Below, piece by piece: positions 24,001 to 35,849 of a stretch of 64,000 nt of DNA. Position 1 is the first letter of the stretch; every line of letters begins with the position of its first letter. Source of the DNA: Macrostomum lignano (Eukaryota); NCBI GenBank assembly GCA_002269645.1, contig NIVC01001037.1:124001-188000 (forward strand). The letters run 5' to 3'. A program made the translations under genes and the position numbers. The notes below the pieces were generated by a model that was not told where the DNA came from, made no database searches, and saw nothing but the letters and a program-made list of their open reading frames with translations.

Positions 24001-27000
24001 CTGATGAGGATGCAGTCTTGACCCATTCAATGATCTGATGAGGATGCAGTCTTGACCCATTCAATGATCTGATGAGGATGCAGTCTTGATCCATTCAATG
24101 ATCTGATGAGGATGCAGTCTTGACCCATTCAATGATCTGATGAGGATGCAGTCTTGACCCATTCAATGATCTGATGAGGATGCAGTCTTGATCCATTCAA
24201 TGATCTGATGAGGATGCAGTCTTGACCCATTCAATGATCTGATGAGGATGCAGTCTTGACCCATTCAATGATCTGATGAGGATGCAGTCTTGATCCATTC
24301 AATGATCTGATGAGGATGCAGTCTTGACCCATTCAATGATCTGATGAGGATGCAGTCTTGATCCATTCAATGATCTGATGAGGATGCAGTCTTGACCCAT
24401 TCAATGATCTGATGAGGATGCAGTCTTGACCCATTCAATGATCTGATGAGGATGCAGTCTTGACCCATTCAATGATCTGATGAGGATGCAGTCTTGACCC
24501 ATTCAATGATCTGATGAGGATGCAGTCTTGATCCATTCAATGATCTGATGAGGATGCAGTCTTGACCCATTCAATGATCTGATGAGGATGCAGTCTTGAC
24601 CCATTCAATGATCTGATGAGGATGCAGTCTTGATCCATTCAATGATCTGATGAGGATGCAGTCTTGACCCATTCAATGATCTGATGAGGATGCAGTCTTG
24701 ATCCATTCAATGATCTGATGAGGATGCAGTCTTGACCCATTCAATGATCTGATGAGGATGCAGTCTTGACCCATTCAATGATCTGATGAGGATGCAGTCT
24801 AGAATGTTGTTGAAGAAAAAAAATAATTTCTCGAAACTATCGCTAGAGCGTTGGTGGGAAGTTCCGCACCGAAGGAAAATCCTCTGTGGCCATGCAAGAG
24901 GGATGTGTAGCGAAATTCTAAAAGTAAGATAAGTTAACCGATGATAACCTCCAGCTCTCCGTCAGTGGCCCACTCGTTGCTGACTACATAGTCGCTAAAG
25001 TCGACAAACGGCAGCGGTTTTCGAGTCGTCGTAACCTCGTCGAGCTCATCATCGGCTCCGGTAGAGTCGCTTTCGCTTGCATTGCCATCTGAGGCCGAGG
25101 ACGGCACTCTGACCAGAGCCCAGTCGAGTCGGAGATGCCGCTCGTCGTATGTCCAGGAGCCGAACCGCATTCGACAGATCTGGAAAGGTTTTTACTACTG
25201 AATGTGTTGAACACCTGAGATAAATTACAGTTTTTTGTACGCGCACACAATTGTCTACGCGCAGTAAAACTTAAGTATCTCGGTTTTAGTCATGGGATAT
25301 CTAGGGTTTCTCCCTGGTTATGAGATATCTAGGGTTCCTCCCTGGTCATGAGATATCTAGGGTTCCTCCCTGGTCATGAGTTATCTAGGGTTCCTCCCTG
25401 GTCATGGGATATCTAGGGTTCCTCCCTGGTCATGAGCTATCTAGGGTTCTTCCCTGGTTATGAGATATCTAGGGTTCCTCCATGGTCATGAGATATCTAG
25501 GGTTCCTCCATGGTCATGAGATATCTAGGGTTCCTCCCTGGTCATGAGATATCTAGGGTTCCTCCCTGGTCATGAGATATCTAGGGTTCTTCCCTGGTTA
25601 TGAGATATCTAGGGTTCCTCCATGGTCATGAGATATCTAGGGTTCCTCCCTGGTCATGAGATATCTAGGGTTCCTCCCTGGTCATGAGATATCTAGGGTT
25701 CCTCACTGGTCATGAGATATCTAGGGTTCCTCCCTGGTCGTGAGTTATCTAGGGTTCCTCCCTGGTCATGAGATATCTAGGGTTCCTCACTGGTCATGAG
25801 ATATCTAGGGTTCCTCCCTGGTCGTGAGTTATCTAGGGTTCCTCCCTGGTCATGAGATATCTAGGGTTCCTCCCTGGTCATGGGGAGATATTTAGGGTTC
25901 CTTCCTGGTCATGAGGAGATATCTAGGGTTCCTCCCTGGTCATGAGTTATCTAGGGTTCCTCCCTGGTCATGAGTTATCTAGGGTTCCTCCCTGGTCATG
26001 GGGAGATATTTAGGGTTCCTCCCTGGTCATGAGTTATCTAGGGTTCCTCCCTGGTCATGGGGAGATATTTAGGGTTCCTCCCTGGTCATGAATCTAGGGT
26101 TCCTCCCTGGTCATGAGATATCTAGGGTTCCTCCCTGGTCATTAGATATCCAGGGTTCCTCCCTGGTCATGAGATATCTAGGGTTCCTCCCTGGTTATGA
26201 GATATCTAGGGTTTCTCCCTGGTTATGAGATATATCTAGGGTTTCTCCCTGGTCATGAGATATCTAGGGTTCCTTCCTGGTCATGAGGAGATATCTAGGG
26301 TTCCTCCCTGGTCATGAGATATCTAGGGTTCCTCCCTGGTCATGAGGAGATATCTAGGGTTCCTCCCTGGTCATGAGAAATCTAGGGATCGGCTTTGATT
26401 GGTGTTTTTCTGAAAGTGCACAACATCAAATCAGGAGCAAGCACTGGACGCTCATTACGCCCTGGGCGGCCAAAAAAGCTATCGACTAAAGTTCTTGATC
26501 ATCTGAAAACATCGCCAGATGCAGCTTGGACACTGGTTGAGATGTAACGGCCGCGGCGAGCAAAATCCTCGGGACGTTTAGTCCTTCTGCATCAGCTGCA
26601 TGTAACTGAGCAGCTGCGATCGCTACTCCAGGGAGAAATCCGCAGCAAACACTTCATCTGTGAATGTCCCGCCTTTACTCAGGACAGGCTCACCTGCCTC
26701 GGCCCAAACATGGACCTTTCGTCTGTAAGAACACCTCAAGAAATACTTCACAGAGGGATTTACGAGTCTCTAAATACTAATCGATGTCGATTCATTATGC
26801 AAGGCTGAACCCAAAGACCTGCTGGGACTTCAAGTTCTGCAAGCACCGCATGGAGCATCAACCACATCAGAAAAAAGGAGTAAACGGTCGTCGCTCACCT
26901 GAGTGTCGAACGGAAACATTCGAATTTGCACCTTGCAGGTGGTCTTTAGCAGGGCCTGCGGTATCCAGAGAACGTGCCCGTTGCGGTTCACAACTATGCG

Positions 27001-29241
27001 GGCCTCGCGACGCTCAAAAATTCGTTCGTCGGCGCTGTGAACAGGTGGCAGTTTTTTATATGGAGGAAGGATGAGCAGCATATATGTGAAATATGTTCTG
27101 CAAGAGGCCTGCCTCACAAATTGTACAGCTTAACATCGGGCGTCCACACTTTCGATGGCGGCAGTCGGATCTGCTTGACCTGCTGGAACTCCGGCTGCGT
27201 CCAGTTCTTCCAGGACAGAAGCCGGTCGTGCCAGCTCTGCGGGAGAGATGACATTCTCTAATCACGAGTGTATCCTGCTTTTAGGGTTGCTAGGTACCTG
27301 TTTACGATCGTATTACTGAAGAAGTTTTAATTATTTCGTTATGCTTACGAAATGTATTGATTTAAAGTCAGGGCTCGGCAAACTCTGGCATCTCTAACCA
27401 GCTCTCGGGTCTTTTGAAACTTCTTAATAGCAATCCGGCCCGCTCAAGGTTTGCGTCTCTTCTCAGCTCCCTTTCCTCCTCTCCCTTCTCTCCCCTCTCC
27501 TCTCTCCCTTCTCTCCACTCTCCCCTCTCCCTTCTCTCCCCTCTCCTCTCTCCCTTCTCTCCCCTCTCCCTTCTCTCCCCTCTCTCCTCTCTCCACTCTC
27601 CCTTCTCCCTTCTCTCCCCTCTCCTCTCTCCCTTCTCTCCCCTCTCCCTTCTCTCCCCTCTCCTCTCTCCCTTCTCTCCCCTCTTCTCTCTCCCTTCTCT
27701 TCACTCTCCTCTGTCCCTTCTCTCCACTCTCCTCTGTCCCTTCTCTTCACTCTCCTCTCTCCCTTCTCTCCACTCTCCTCTGTCCCTTCTCTCCACTCTC
27801 CTCTGTCCCTTCTCTCCACTCTCCTCTGTCCCTTCTCTCCACTCTCCTCTCTCCCTTCTCTCCACTCTCCTCTTTCCCTTCTCTCCACTCTCCTCTCTCC
27901 CTTCTCTCCTCTCTCCCCTTCTCTCTTCTCTCCCCTTCTCTCCTCTCTCCCCTCTCCCCTAACAAAGATAATTTTGTCCGCCAGAGCCACATGTAATTTT
28001 TTCCGAGCTCATGTGACTGCCTTCCCCCTTCTCTCCCCTCTCCCTTCTCTCTCCTCTCCTCTCTCCATTCTCCTCTCTCCCCTCTCCTCTTTCCCTTCTT
28101 TCTCATCTCCTCCAAAGATAGGTTAAGAAAAGCAGCTAAATGAAAGGGCGCTTTTGCCGCCAATCTCACAAATCTCAGCCAGCAGTTGGTGCGCAGCATC
28201 TGCTGGTTCTCCTGCAGGTCGAGGATCTGGATAAGCGCCAGGCCCAGACGCACCGAGACAACTTCGCTGTTGTTCTCGACTGGGCGGCCAAGAATGCCGA
28301 GACTGCGGTAGCGGCGAAGGGTTTCCGTTATTAGCCGCTTCTCCACGGCCGATTGAGCTCCGAGCGCCGCGGCCAATGAGGAAGTCAGAACGGCGACTAC
28401 TGCTCAAGAATGAGAGGGCATAGCGGAGGGTGAGAGGGCATAGCGGAGGGTGATAGGGCATAGCGGATGGTGATAGGGCATAGCGGATGGTGATAGGGCA
28501 TAGCGGAGGGTGATAGGGCATAGAGGAGGGTGATTGGGCATAGCGGAGGGTGATTGGGCATAGCGGAGGGTGATTGGGCATAGCGGAGGGTGATTGGGCA
28601 TAGCGGAGGGTGATTGGGCATAGCGGAGGGTGATTGGGCATAGCGGAGGGTGATTGGGCATAGCGGAGGGTGAGAGGGCATAGCGGAGGGTGAGAAGGCA
28701 TAACGGAGGGTGAGGGAGAATAGCAGAGAGTGAGAGAGCACAGAGGAGGGTGAGAGGGCATAGCGGAGGGTGATTGGGCATAGCGGAGGGTGATTGGGCA
28801 TAGCGGAGGGTGATTGGGCATAGCGGAGGGTGATTGGGCATAGCGGATGGTGATAGGGCATAGCGGAGGGTGATTGGGCATAGCGGAGGGTGATTGGGCA
28901 TAGCGGATGGTGATAGGGCATAGCGGAGGGTGAGAGGGCATAGCGGAGGGTGAGAAGGCATAACGGAGGGTGAGGGAGAATAGCAGAGAGTGAGAGAGCA
29001 TAGAGGAGGGTGAGAGGGTATAAGGGAGAGGGCGAGGCAGAAAGTATGGCTAAGGAGGCGACGCAGAGGGCAAAGCGGAGGGCGAGGCAGAGGGCAAAGC
29101 GGAGGGCGAGGCAGAGGGCAAAGCGGAGGGTAGGCAGAGAGCAAAGCTTTTGTACGAGCTCGTAAATTAAACCTACAAGTCGTGTCAATATTTGCAACAA
29201 TTTTTAACCGCCAACTTACGCAGCAGTCCCGCGCGAGTCAT
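21066..29241 (-). CDS. Nicotinic acetylcholine receptor-family (Cys-loop) non-alpha subunit, predicted anion-selective, ~541 aa
   Basis: Exons 29241-29220, 28399-28170, 27236-27118, 27034-26899, 25179-24949, 22611-22362, 22059-21973, ~21851-21730, 21494-21066. Signal peptide, WTPDVKLYN, Cys-loop C-KVQIRMFPFDTQI-C, FGSWTY, M1 FYVAILVVPCILLS, M1-M2 linker LPPEAPAKMLLG, M2-M4, and DWRDLLRTLDRLFF before M4. No vicinal CC in loop C. Confidence 0.93.
22700..24800. repeat. Intronic minisatellite, 34-bp unit GATCTGATGAGGATGCAGTCTTGA(C/T)CCATTCAAT
   Basis: ~62 head-to-tail copies differing essentially at one C/T position; no spacers. Confidence 0.97.
25290..26390. repeat. Intronic minisatellite, ~28-bp unit CTAGGGTTCCTCCCTGGTCATGAGATAT
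   Basis: ~38 copies with small indel variants. Confidence 0.95.
26640..26730 (+). mobile_element. LINE ORF2 C-terminal fragment (same family as 53115-53580)
   Basis: Encodes [25 protein letters not shown], near-identical to [25 protein letters not shown] at 53290-53375 (minus). Confidence 0.7.
27470..28110. repeat. CT-rich low-complexity intronic repeat (CTCTCC/CTTCT)
   Basis: Extreme pyrimidine/purine strand bias in intron 2 of the receptor gene. Confidence 0.92.
28410..29150. repeat. Intronic minisatellite, 20-bp unit GGGCATAGCGGAGGGTGA(TT/TA/GA)
   Basis: Tandem copies fill intron 1 of the receptor gene to within about 10 nt of the acceptor. Confidence 0.93.
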
Positions 29242-30079
29242 GCTGTTTTAGAAGACTTTTTGTCTTATGCTCGTAGAGAAATGGATATATCTAAACAGTT
29301 AGAGCTCTGCTATTGAATTCCTGCTTTCCAATGTCCTGCTTCATCTGACTTCCTAAACGATAAACTTATACACTCTTATATCGCGTGTGGCAGTTGTTTC
29401 AGTTGCCGGAGGGCAGAGAGTTATCTGCAGGATGCACATTGCTATTAAAATTTACGATGCCCATCGGGGAGAGGCTGCAGGCTTGAACCAATCAGTTTTT
29501 GTTGGAATCAACGGCAAAAAAAGTGAGGCTGGGCGGAATCTCCTGCGCTGCCAGCTTTTGGGCAGCTGAGAGGCTGAGCTCAGATGATGAGGGCGGGTGC
29601 CGGGAAACCGGGCAGTCATGAAGGGAGGAGAGGGGAAGCATTGATGCTGGCCGGGACAAAGCAACCGCAGGTGTTCAGGAATGCATACAGTGTGCCCTGC
29701 GTAGCTTTGATAGAGTTTGGCAGAAATAGGAAAGATAGAACGCCAAGAGATATAGAAATAGAAAAGATAAAAATAGTAAAGCGAACAAACAAAAGACTCA
29801 ATAACAAACCATTTCGTGTAATTTGATCAACTACTCACGGCCAACCGATTAACATTAAAAAAATTGAATGATGCTGTATTTCCGTCTCATTTGCTGGTAA
29901 TACTCAGCCGCATCAAGGCTTGAAACTGGATTACAAAAATGAAAATTTTACATTGCTATCAAAGGAATCACCGACGAGAAAGTCTGAAATAAGCATACCG
30001 GTATTGAGCAGCAGAGAAGCAGGAATATTGCGCACAAATATTGTCAATATACATAAACTTCGCATGGGGTCTATCACTC

Positions 30080-30385
30080 CTCATTGGCTGGCTACCCCCT
30101 CCCTACCACTGATTGGCTGGCTATCCATCCCCACCCTCAGTGGCTGGTTACCCCTTCCCCCCATCCCACCCCTCATTGACTGCTATCCCCTCCGCACCCC
30201 TAATTGGCTGGCTACCCCCTCCCCACCCTTTCAGTGGCTGGCTACCCCCTCCCACCCCTCATTGGCTGGCTACCCCCTCCCCACCCCTTCAGTGGCTGGC
30301 TACCCCCTCCCACCCCTCATTGGCTGGCTACCCCCTCCCCACCCCTTTAGTGGTTGGCTACCCCCTCCCCACCCTTCATTGGCTG
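30080..30385. repeat. C-rich minisatellite, ~29-bp unit TGGCTGGCTACCCCCTCCC(C)ACCCCTCA
   Basis: ~10 imperfect copies. Confidence 0.88.
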
Positions 30386-31059
30386 CTACAGATTATGATT
30401 TGTCAGTAGGAATAACTTACACAAAACCACGGGCGGGTGGGAACTAGCAGAAAGTGCAGGTGTGAACACAAATGAATAATTTATTCTAACTCAACAGTAC
30501 AAAAACGGTGTTAAGTAGCTGAATCGCGGTTCATGGTAAAAAATGAGTTGAATTTAACCAAAGCAAACATTCAAACCAGCGCTTGCTACTTGTATTTAAA
30601 AAATCTCGATATAGGTGCGCATTCTTCTGTGGAGAAATCGAAGCATTACAAATTAAACTGGATAAAAATAGTATTACAGAATTTTTAGCATCTGTGAGGA
30701 CTAATGATAAAAAATCGCTAATGTCGCTCTCAAGTATAAAACAATGAAAAATTAATTTCATATCTAAAGCAAGATATTTTACTTCTTTAAATGTAAGAAC
30801 GCATCTTGGAAACTTTCCAACCCCTAAGCTATTTTCAACTACGAACTACATCTAAGAGTGTAAAAATTTGCAAACTTGCTGAGAAATTTGACGTCTAAGT
30901 ACTTCTAAGCATAATAAGGAGGGCCGTGGGGTACCCTCGTACTAAGCCTTCGACGACATCGTCCAATGCCACAGCCAGCGCAGAGGCAATTCGGCCCACT
31001 CCGCTGACCCCGAGTACACACAGGCGCGCCAGTACTGTGCGCAGGCACGCACTCACACA

Positions 31060-31480
31060 CACGCTCACGCAGGGTGTACAGCGCTCACGCACGGTGTACA
31101 GCGCTCACGCAGGGTGTACAGCGCTCACACAGGGTGTACAGCGCTCACACAGGGTGTACAGCGCTCACACAGGGTGTACAGCGCTCACGCAGGGTGTACA
31201 GCGCTCACACAGGGTGTACAGCGCTCACGCAGGGTGTACAGCGCTCACGCAGGGTGAACAGCGCTCACACAGGGTGTAAAGCGCTCACACATGGTGTACA
31301 GCGCTCACACAGGGTGTACAGCGCTCACACAGGGTGTACAGCGCTCACGCAGGGTGTACAGCGCTCACGCAGGGTGTACAGCGCTCACGCAGGGTGTACA
31401 GCGCTCACACAGGGTGTACAGCGCTCACACAGGGTGTACAGCGCTCACACAGGGTGTACAGCGCTCGCACAGGGTGTGCA
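31060..31480. repeat. Minisatellite, 20-bp unit CAGGGTGTACAGCGCTCAC(A/G), embedded in a SINE-like remnant (30900-31495, minus)
   Basis: ~21 copies. The flank 30980-31060 (minus) is homologous to the SINE body at 48410-48500. Confidence 0.9.
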
Positions 31481-31820
31481 GCGGCCCAGACTTAAGAGAA
31501 ACAGCCCCATCTCGAGCCATTAAAAAGTTGGTAGCGAAATATCAAGCGCTCATCTTTATAAAAAGCATCGAATGCTAGTAGAATTTTCAGAGCCTTCAAC
31601 ACGATGCCGATGTGAAAGCTCGGCCACTGGCTCTCCTCCAACGCTGGTTGCAAAATCATTTCAGGGCAAAGGCTAATTTGGGAGTACTGCAGTTAAATCT
31701 TAGAACACGTGTCTATTCACATCGCTCATGAAAGCACTCTCGCAGTGATGAAAATAATGAAGTTCAAATGGTTTCCACAGCTCAGAATTCAAGTGCAACT
31801 GTTGGATCAACTGCTTTCTG

Positions 31821-33161
31821 TTAGTCAATAATGGAGTAGCCAATGGAGGCCGTGTTCCGGAACCGCTGCTCGCAGGCAAAGAAGCTGATTGTTCCAAAGC
31901 AGCCGAACACAACTAGAAGCAGCAGCTGCCACTGCATCAACAGGTACGTGCTGTAGAAAAACGCAATCGAAGCGGCCGCTGACTGGAAGAACTTGAACAA
32001 GGCGAAGGCCGGGGCGCTCTGGCTGGGGTACACGCAGCCCAGCACAGAGATCAGCTGCGTGTTGTAGCAAGCGTCACCGAAGCCCAGAAGGAAGGCACCG
32101 ACCAGAGCCGCGGCCGGGTTCGCCTGCAGAAAGTAGATTCGCCCCGACGTATCCCGAATCGGAGAGTCCATCGGCAGATTCACAAAGGCCAGGTAGAAAG
32201 TGCAGGTGTGAACCAGGTAGCCCAGCAACACAACCGGGTCTCTGCCGAACTTATTGGTAAATTTACCCAAGATGCTGAACAGGAAACCGGCCAAGATCTC
32301 CCCAGCTGCGATGGCGATTCCCGATTGGCCAATCAGGCTGCTCACGCTGTCGCCGAACTGACGGGTGTGGTGCAGCATCGTGCCGTACACACCGGACATG
32401 AAGGTGAGCTCAAGCCCGCTGTAGATGAAGGTGCCGATCAGCAGCTGCATTGGGGTGTCCCTCAGCAGCTGCATTGACTGGCGCAGAGTGTTCACCACGA
32501 TACTCGAAGCCGACGGTCGGTCCAGCGTAGCCAAGTCGGCATTCACTGATGCGTCGATGTCATCGTCATCTGACTGAGCAGTTCTGCTCCGGAAAAGTAG
32601 CATGAGAGCGCTGCCGCAGCAGCCCACGATCGTCAGAATGAGGAACAGTTTCCATCGGTCATCAGAGCTGATCTCGGGCTTACCGCTGAATGACAGCGTG
32701 ACGTACAGATTGCCCCAGAGGAGGCTGGTCTGGAAGATCGCCCAGAACAGACCGCTGTTGCGGCCCATGGTTTCAGAACTCGAATTGGCGGTGAGAAAAG
32801 CGCCCTGAGCTGTCCAAATCACAGCTGCAGCGATCCCTAGCAACACAGACCCGAGATAGAGGCTCCACAGAGCGGGGCGCAGGAAGGAAGCGCAGAATGC
32901 GTTGTAAATCAAGGCCGATGCAATCATGGACACCTTGGCGCCTAGCAAAGCAACGATCATTGGCGAGATCCAGTTGAACACAGCGAACACCAGGTAGATT
33001 ATGGACAAGGACTTGTAGCCGGCACCAGTGAAATCTTGTCCAGTATCATTCTGAGCAGCCTCGAGTACCGACTCCTCCAGCATGCCGGTGGTTTGAAACG
33101 CGGTGAAGACCAGCATGAAGCTCAGGCTGAGAGTTAAAATGTTGAGCAGAGCCCAGTTCAT
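31821..33161 (-). CDS. MFSD11: UNC93-like MFS transporter MFSD11, single exon, 446 aa
   Basis: Uninterrupted ORF with FMLVFTAFQT, GY.SL.IIY.VF, GIAAAVIWTAQG, GRNSGLFWA..Q.SL..GNLY, GLELTF.SGVYG, GFGDACYNTQ and PAFALFKFFQS motifs typical of MFSD11. Confidence 0.95.
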   Translation of the reverse strand: MNWALLNILTLSLSFMLVFTAFQTTGMLEESVLEAAQNDTGQDFTGAGYKSLSIIYLVFAVFNWISPMIVALLGAKVSMIASALIYNAFCASFLRPALWSLYLGSVLLGIAAAVIWTAQGAFLTANSSSETMGRNSGLFWAIFQTSLLWGNLYVTLSFSGKPEISSDDRWKLFLILTIVGCCGSALMLLFRSRTAQSDDDDIDASVNADLATLDRPSASSIVVNTLRQSMQLLRDTPMQLLIGTFIYSGLELTFMSGVYGTMLHHTRQFGDSVSSLIGQSGIAIAAGEILAGFLFSILGKFTNKFGRDPVVLLGYLVHTCTFYLAFVNLPMDSPIRDTSGRIYFLQANPAAALVGAFLLGFGDACYNTQLISVLGCVYPSQSAPAFALFKFFQSAAASIAFFYSTYLLMQWQLLLLVVFGCFGTISFFACEQRFRNTASIGYSIID

Positions 33162-33886
33162 GTTGGCTTTGTATCATGCATGTAGATGCGCATTTTGACA
33201 TTTCATTCAATCGAGGTTAGCGGCTTTCAATCACTATAGCGGTTAAATAGAAAGAGTTTAATGCTTAGTACGAGTTTGGGTTGAAGGTTCTGTCAGTTCC
33301 AGATGTTTTTTCAATGACTTCGTGGAAATTGAACCAATAAATAAACTAAATTTTGACGACAATAGTCGCATATTTGGTAGGGCTAAACTACCGTCTGATG
33401 CACAATTGCTACCCTTTGCCAATTCTAGAGTCTAATAGCAGTTTGATAAGTTCTTATTCAAAGACAAAAATCTATTTGTAACAAAATCTTCAAGAAATAA
33501 TTCCGAAGGCCAGATGAAGTCGTGTGTAAATATCTAAAAAACGAGTGCATTCTACGCAATCAAAAGACATCTTCTGCTAAACAATGTGGAGAAACAATGT
33601 TCATCTTTCTGACGATGATTCACTGGCTCAACAGATTACAGGTAAATGCATACTTAAAAGTATCTCTGTCGATGTAAATATTTTTAGTGGAAAGACAAAA
33701 AACACAATATTCAATATATCAGTACATAGTTTACTAAAAAAGCATATACGATAAAAAAGTAAATTATTTAAAAAATCATAATACTGCATGTTACGACTGT
33801 TTAGCTGACAGGCAAGCCTTTCCTTCCAAGCCAAGCGTCTTATGGCCAATGTGATCTGTCAGTAGAAATTTTACGTCAACCCAAAT

Positions 33887-34357
33887 TTACGGTAGAAATT
33901 TCTGGCGCATGGTTTTGGAGTTGGAATTCTGAGTAACAAAGACCCCTTGAGCTGTCCCGATCACTGCGGCAGCGATCCCCAGCAACACAGATCCAAGGCA
34001 GAGGCTCCACAGAGCAGGGCACAGGAACGAAGTGCAGAATGCGTTGTAAACCAAGGCCGATGCAGTCATGGACACCTTGGCGCCAAATACGGTCACGATT
34101 ATTGGCGAGATCCAGTTGAGCACGGCGAACACCAGGTAGATAAAGGACAAGGACCTGTACCCATATCCAGTGAAATCTTGACCGGTTTCCCTCTGAGCAG
34201 CCTCGAGCACCGACTCCTCCAGCATGCCGGTGGTTTGGAAGGCTGTGAAGACCAGCATGAAGCTCAGGCTGAGAATTACAATGGTAATTAGAGGCCTGCC
34301 CATTCCGGCCTTCGATCTGGAAGGCATTTTATCATGAAGTTTAAATTGGATGCTCAT
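33887..34357 (-). pseudogene. MFSD11: Truncated tandem duplicate of MFSD11 (N-terminal ~140 aa only)
   Basis: High similarity to the start of the 33161 gene. Homology breaks after NSNSKTM and the ORF ends 6 codons later. W to G change in the AVIWTAQG motif. Confidence 0.85.
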
Positions 34358-34539
34358 AATTGTGATTTTGTTTGACTGTTCTAAATTCGCTACGAGTACA
34401 ACTGGATTATCAATTTGCTGAACATGGCTTCTCTAAATTGCGAGGCTAAGACTGGTCATGGAATGAATTTTTGAAACGCTGTGTACTGGCAATTTTTATG
34501 GTAAGTGTAAGTCGCAATTTTGTAAGGATTTCACGGGCA

Positions 34540-35345
34540 ATTTTGTGAGATGCTAGAGGCAGTTTTGTGAGATGCTACTGGCAGTTTTGTGAGATGCTAC
34601 TGGCAGTTTTGTGAGATGCTACTGGCAGTTTTGTGAGATGCTACAGGCAGTTTTGTGAGATGCTACAGGCAGTTTTGTGAGATGCTACTGGCAGTTTTGT
34701 GAGAGATGTTACTGGCAGTTTTGTGAGATGTTACTGGCAGTTTTGTGAGATGTCACTGGCAGTTTTGTGAGATGCCACTGGCAGTTTTGTGTGAGATGTT
34801 ACTGGCAGTTTTGTGAGATGTTACTGGCAGTTTTGTGAGATGTCACTGGCAGTTTTGTGAGATGCCACTGGCAGTTTTGTGTGAGATGTTACTGGCAGTT
34901 TTGTGAGGAGCTACAGGCAGTTTTTTGAGATGCCACTGGCAGTTTTGTGAGATGCTACAGGCAGTTTTGTGAGAGATGCTACAGGCAGTTTTGTGAATTG
35001 TGAGATGCTACAGGCAGTTTTGTGAATTGTGAGATGCTACTGGCAATTTTGTGAGATGCCACTGGCATTTTTGTGAGATGTTACAGGCAGTTTTGTGAGA
35101 TGCTACAGGCATTTTTTTGAGATGCAACTGGCAGTTTTGTGTGAGATGCTACAGGCATTTTTTTGAGATGCCACTGGCAGTTTTGTGTGAGATGCAACTG
35201 GCAGTTTTGTGAGATGCTACTGGCAGTTTTGTGAGATGCTACTGGCAGTTTAGTGAATTGTGAGGAGCAACTGGTAGTTTTGTGCGATGCTACTGGCAGT
35301 TTTGTGAGATGCTACTGGCAGTTTTGTGAGATGCTACAGGCAGTT
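34540..35345. repeat. Minisatellite, 22-bp unit GGCAGTTTTGTGAGATG(C/T)(T/C)AC(T/A)
   Basis: ~35 moderately diverged copies. Confidence 0.93.
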
Positions 35346-35849
35346 TTGGGTACTCTGATGTAAATAATTCTACAATACTCGTAGTTAGAAACAAAATCAC
35401 ACTAAATCGAAAATGGACAAAAAGCCCTGAATTCGAATGCAAAGCTTCGAGATTCAGCAGAAATAAAAACAATTTATTATTTCTTAAAACATGATCACAG
35501 AAGCGCAAATAAAAAACTGAGCAAAAAGAGAAATACGCAAAAAACTGGCATGCCTCAAACAGACCGCAGAATCAGCAGCGCTTGCTTGGGACGGATTGTG
35601 TGGCAAGCCAGGATTTTGGGGCACATTAGAAAATAAAATTTCACGAATTTCATCCAAAAGCAATGCAGAATGCGAGAACAAGTTTGTAGTAAAATTAAAG
35701 GGAAAATATCATTATAGTTATTTATCTGCAAACTAAAAACTTTCTCAGTCTAGAAAAAAGATTTAAACATTTTTTCTTTATAAAGTTTGGCAGTTTTGTT
35801 ACTTAATTAGGTTTAGGGCATTTGAGCGATTCTCACGGGTAGTTTCAGG

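Noticed and set aside
22700-24800. CRISPR-like array (34-bp repeats)
   Set aside because: The units are head-to-tail with no unique spacers, there are no cas genes, and the context is a eukaryotic intron. The same applies to all other arrays.
22700-24800. Tandem hammerhead ribozymes (CTGATGA core in every unit)
   Set aside because: No GAAA core or stem II follows CTGATGAG, so the catalytic core cannot form.
30425-30450. Helitron 3' end (short hairpin + CTAG)
   Set aside because: The stem is only 4 bp, CTAG is not followed by T, and there is no matching 5' TC end.
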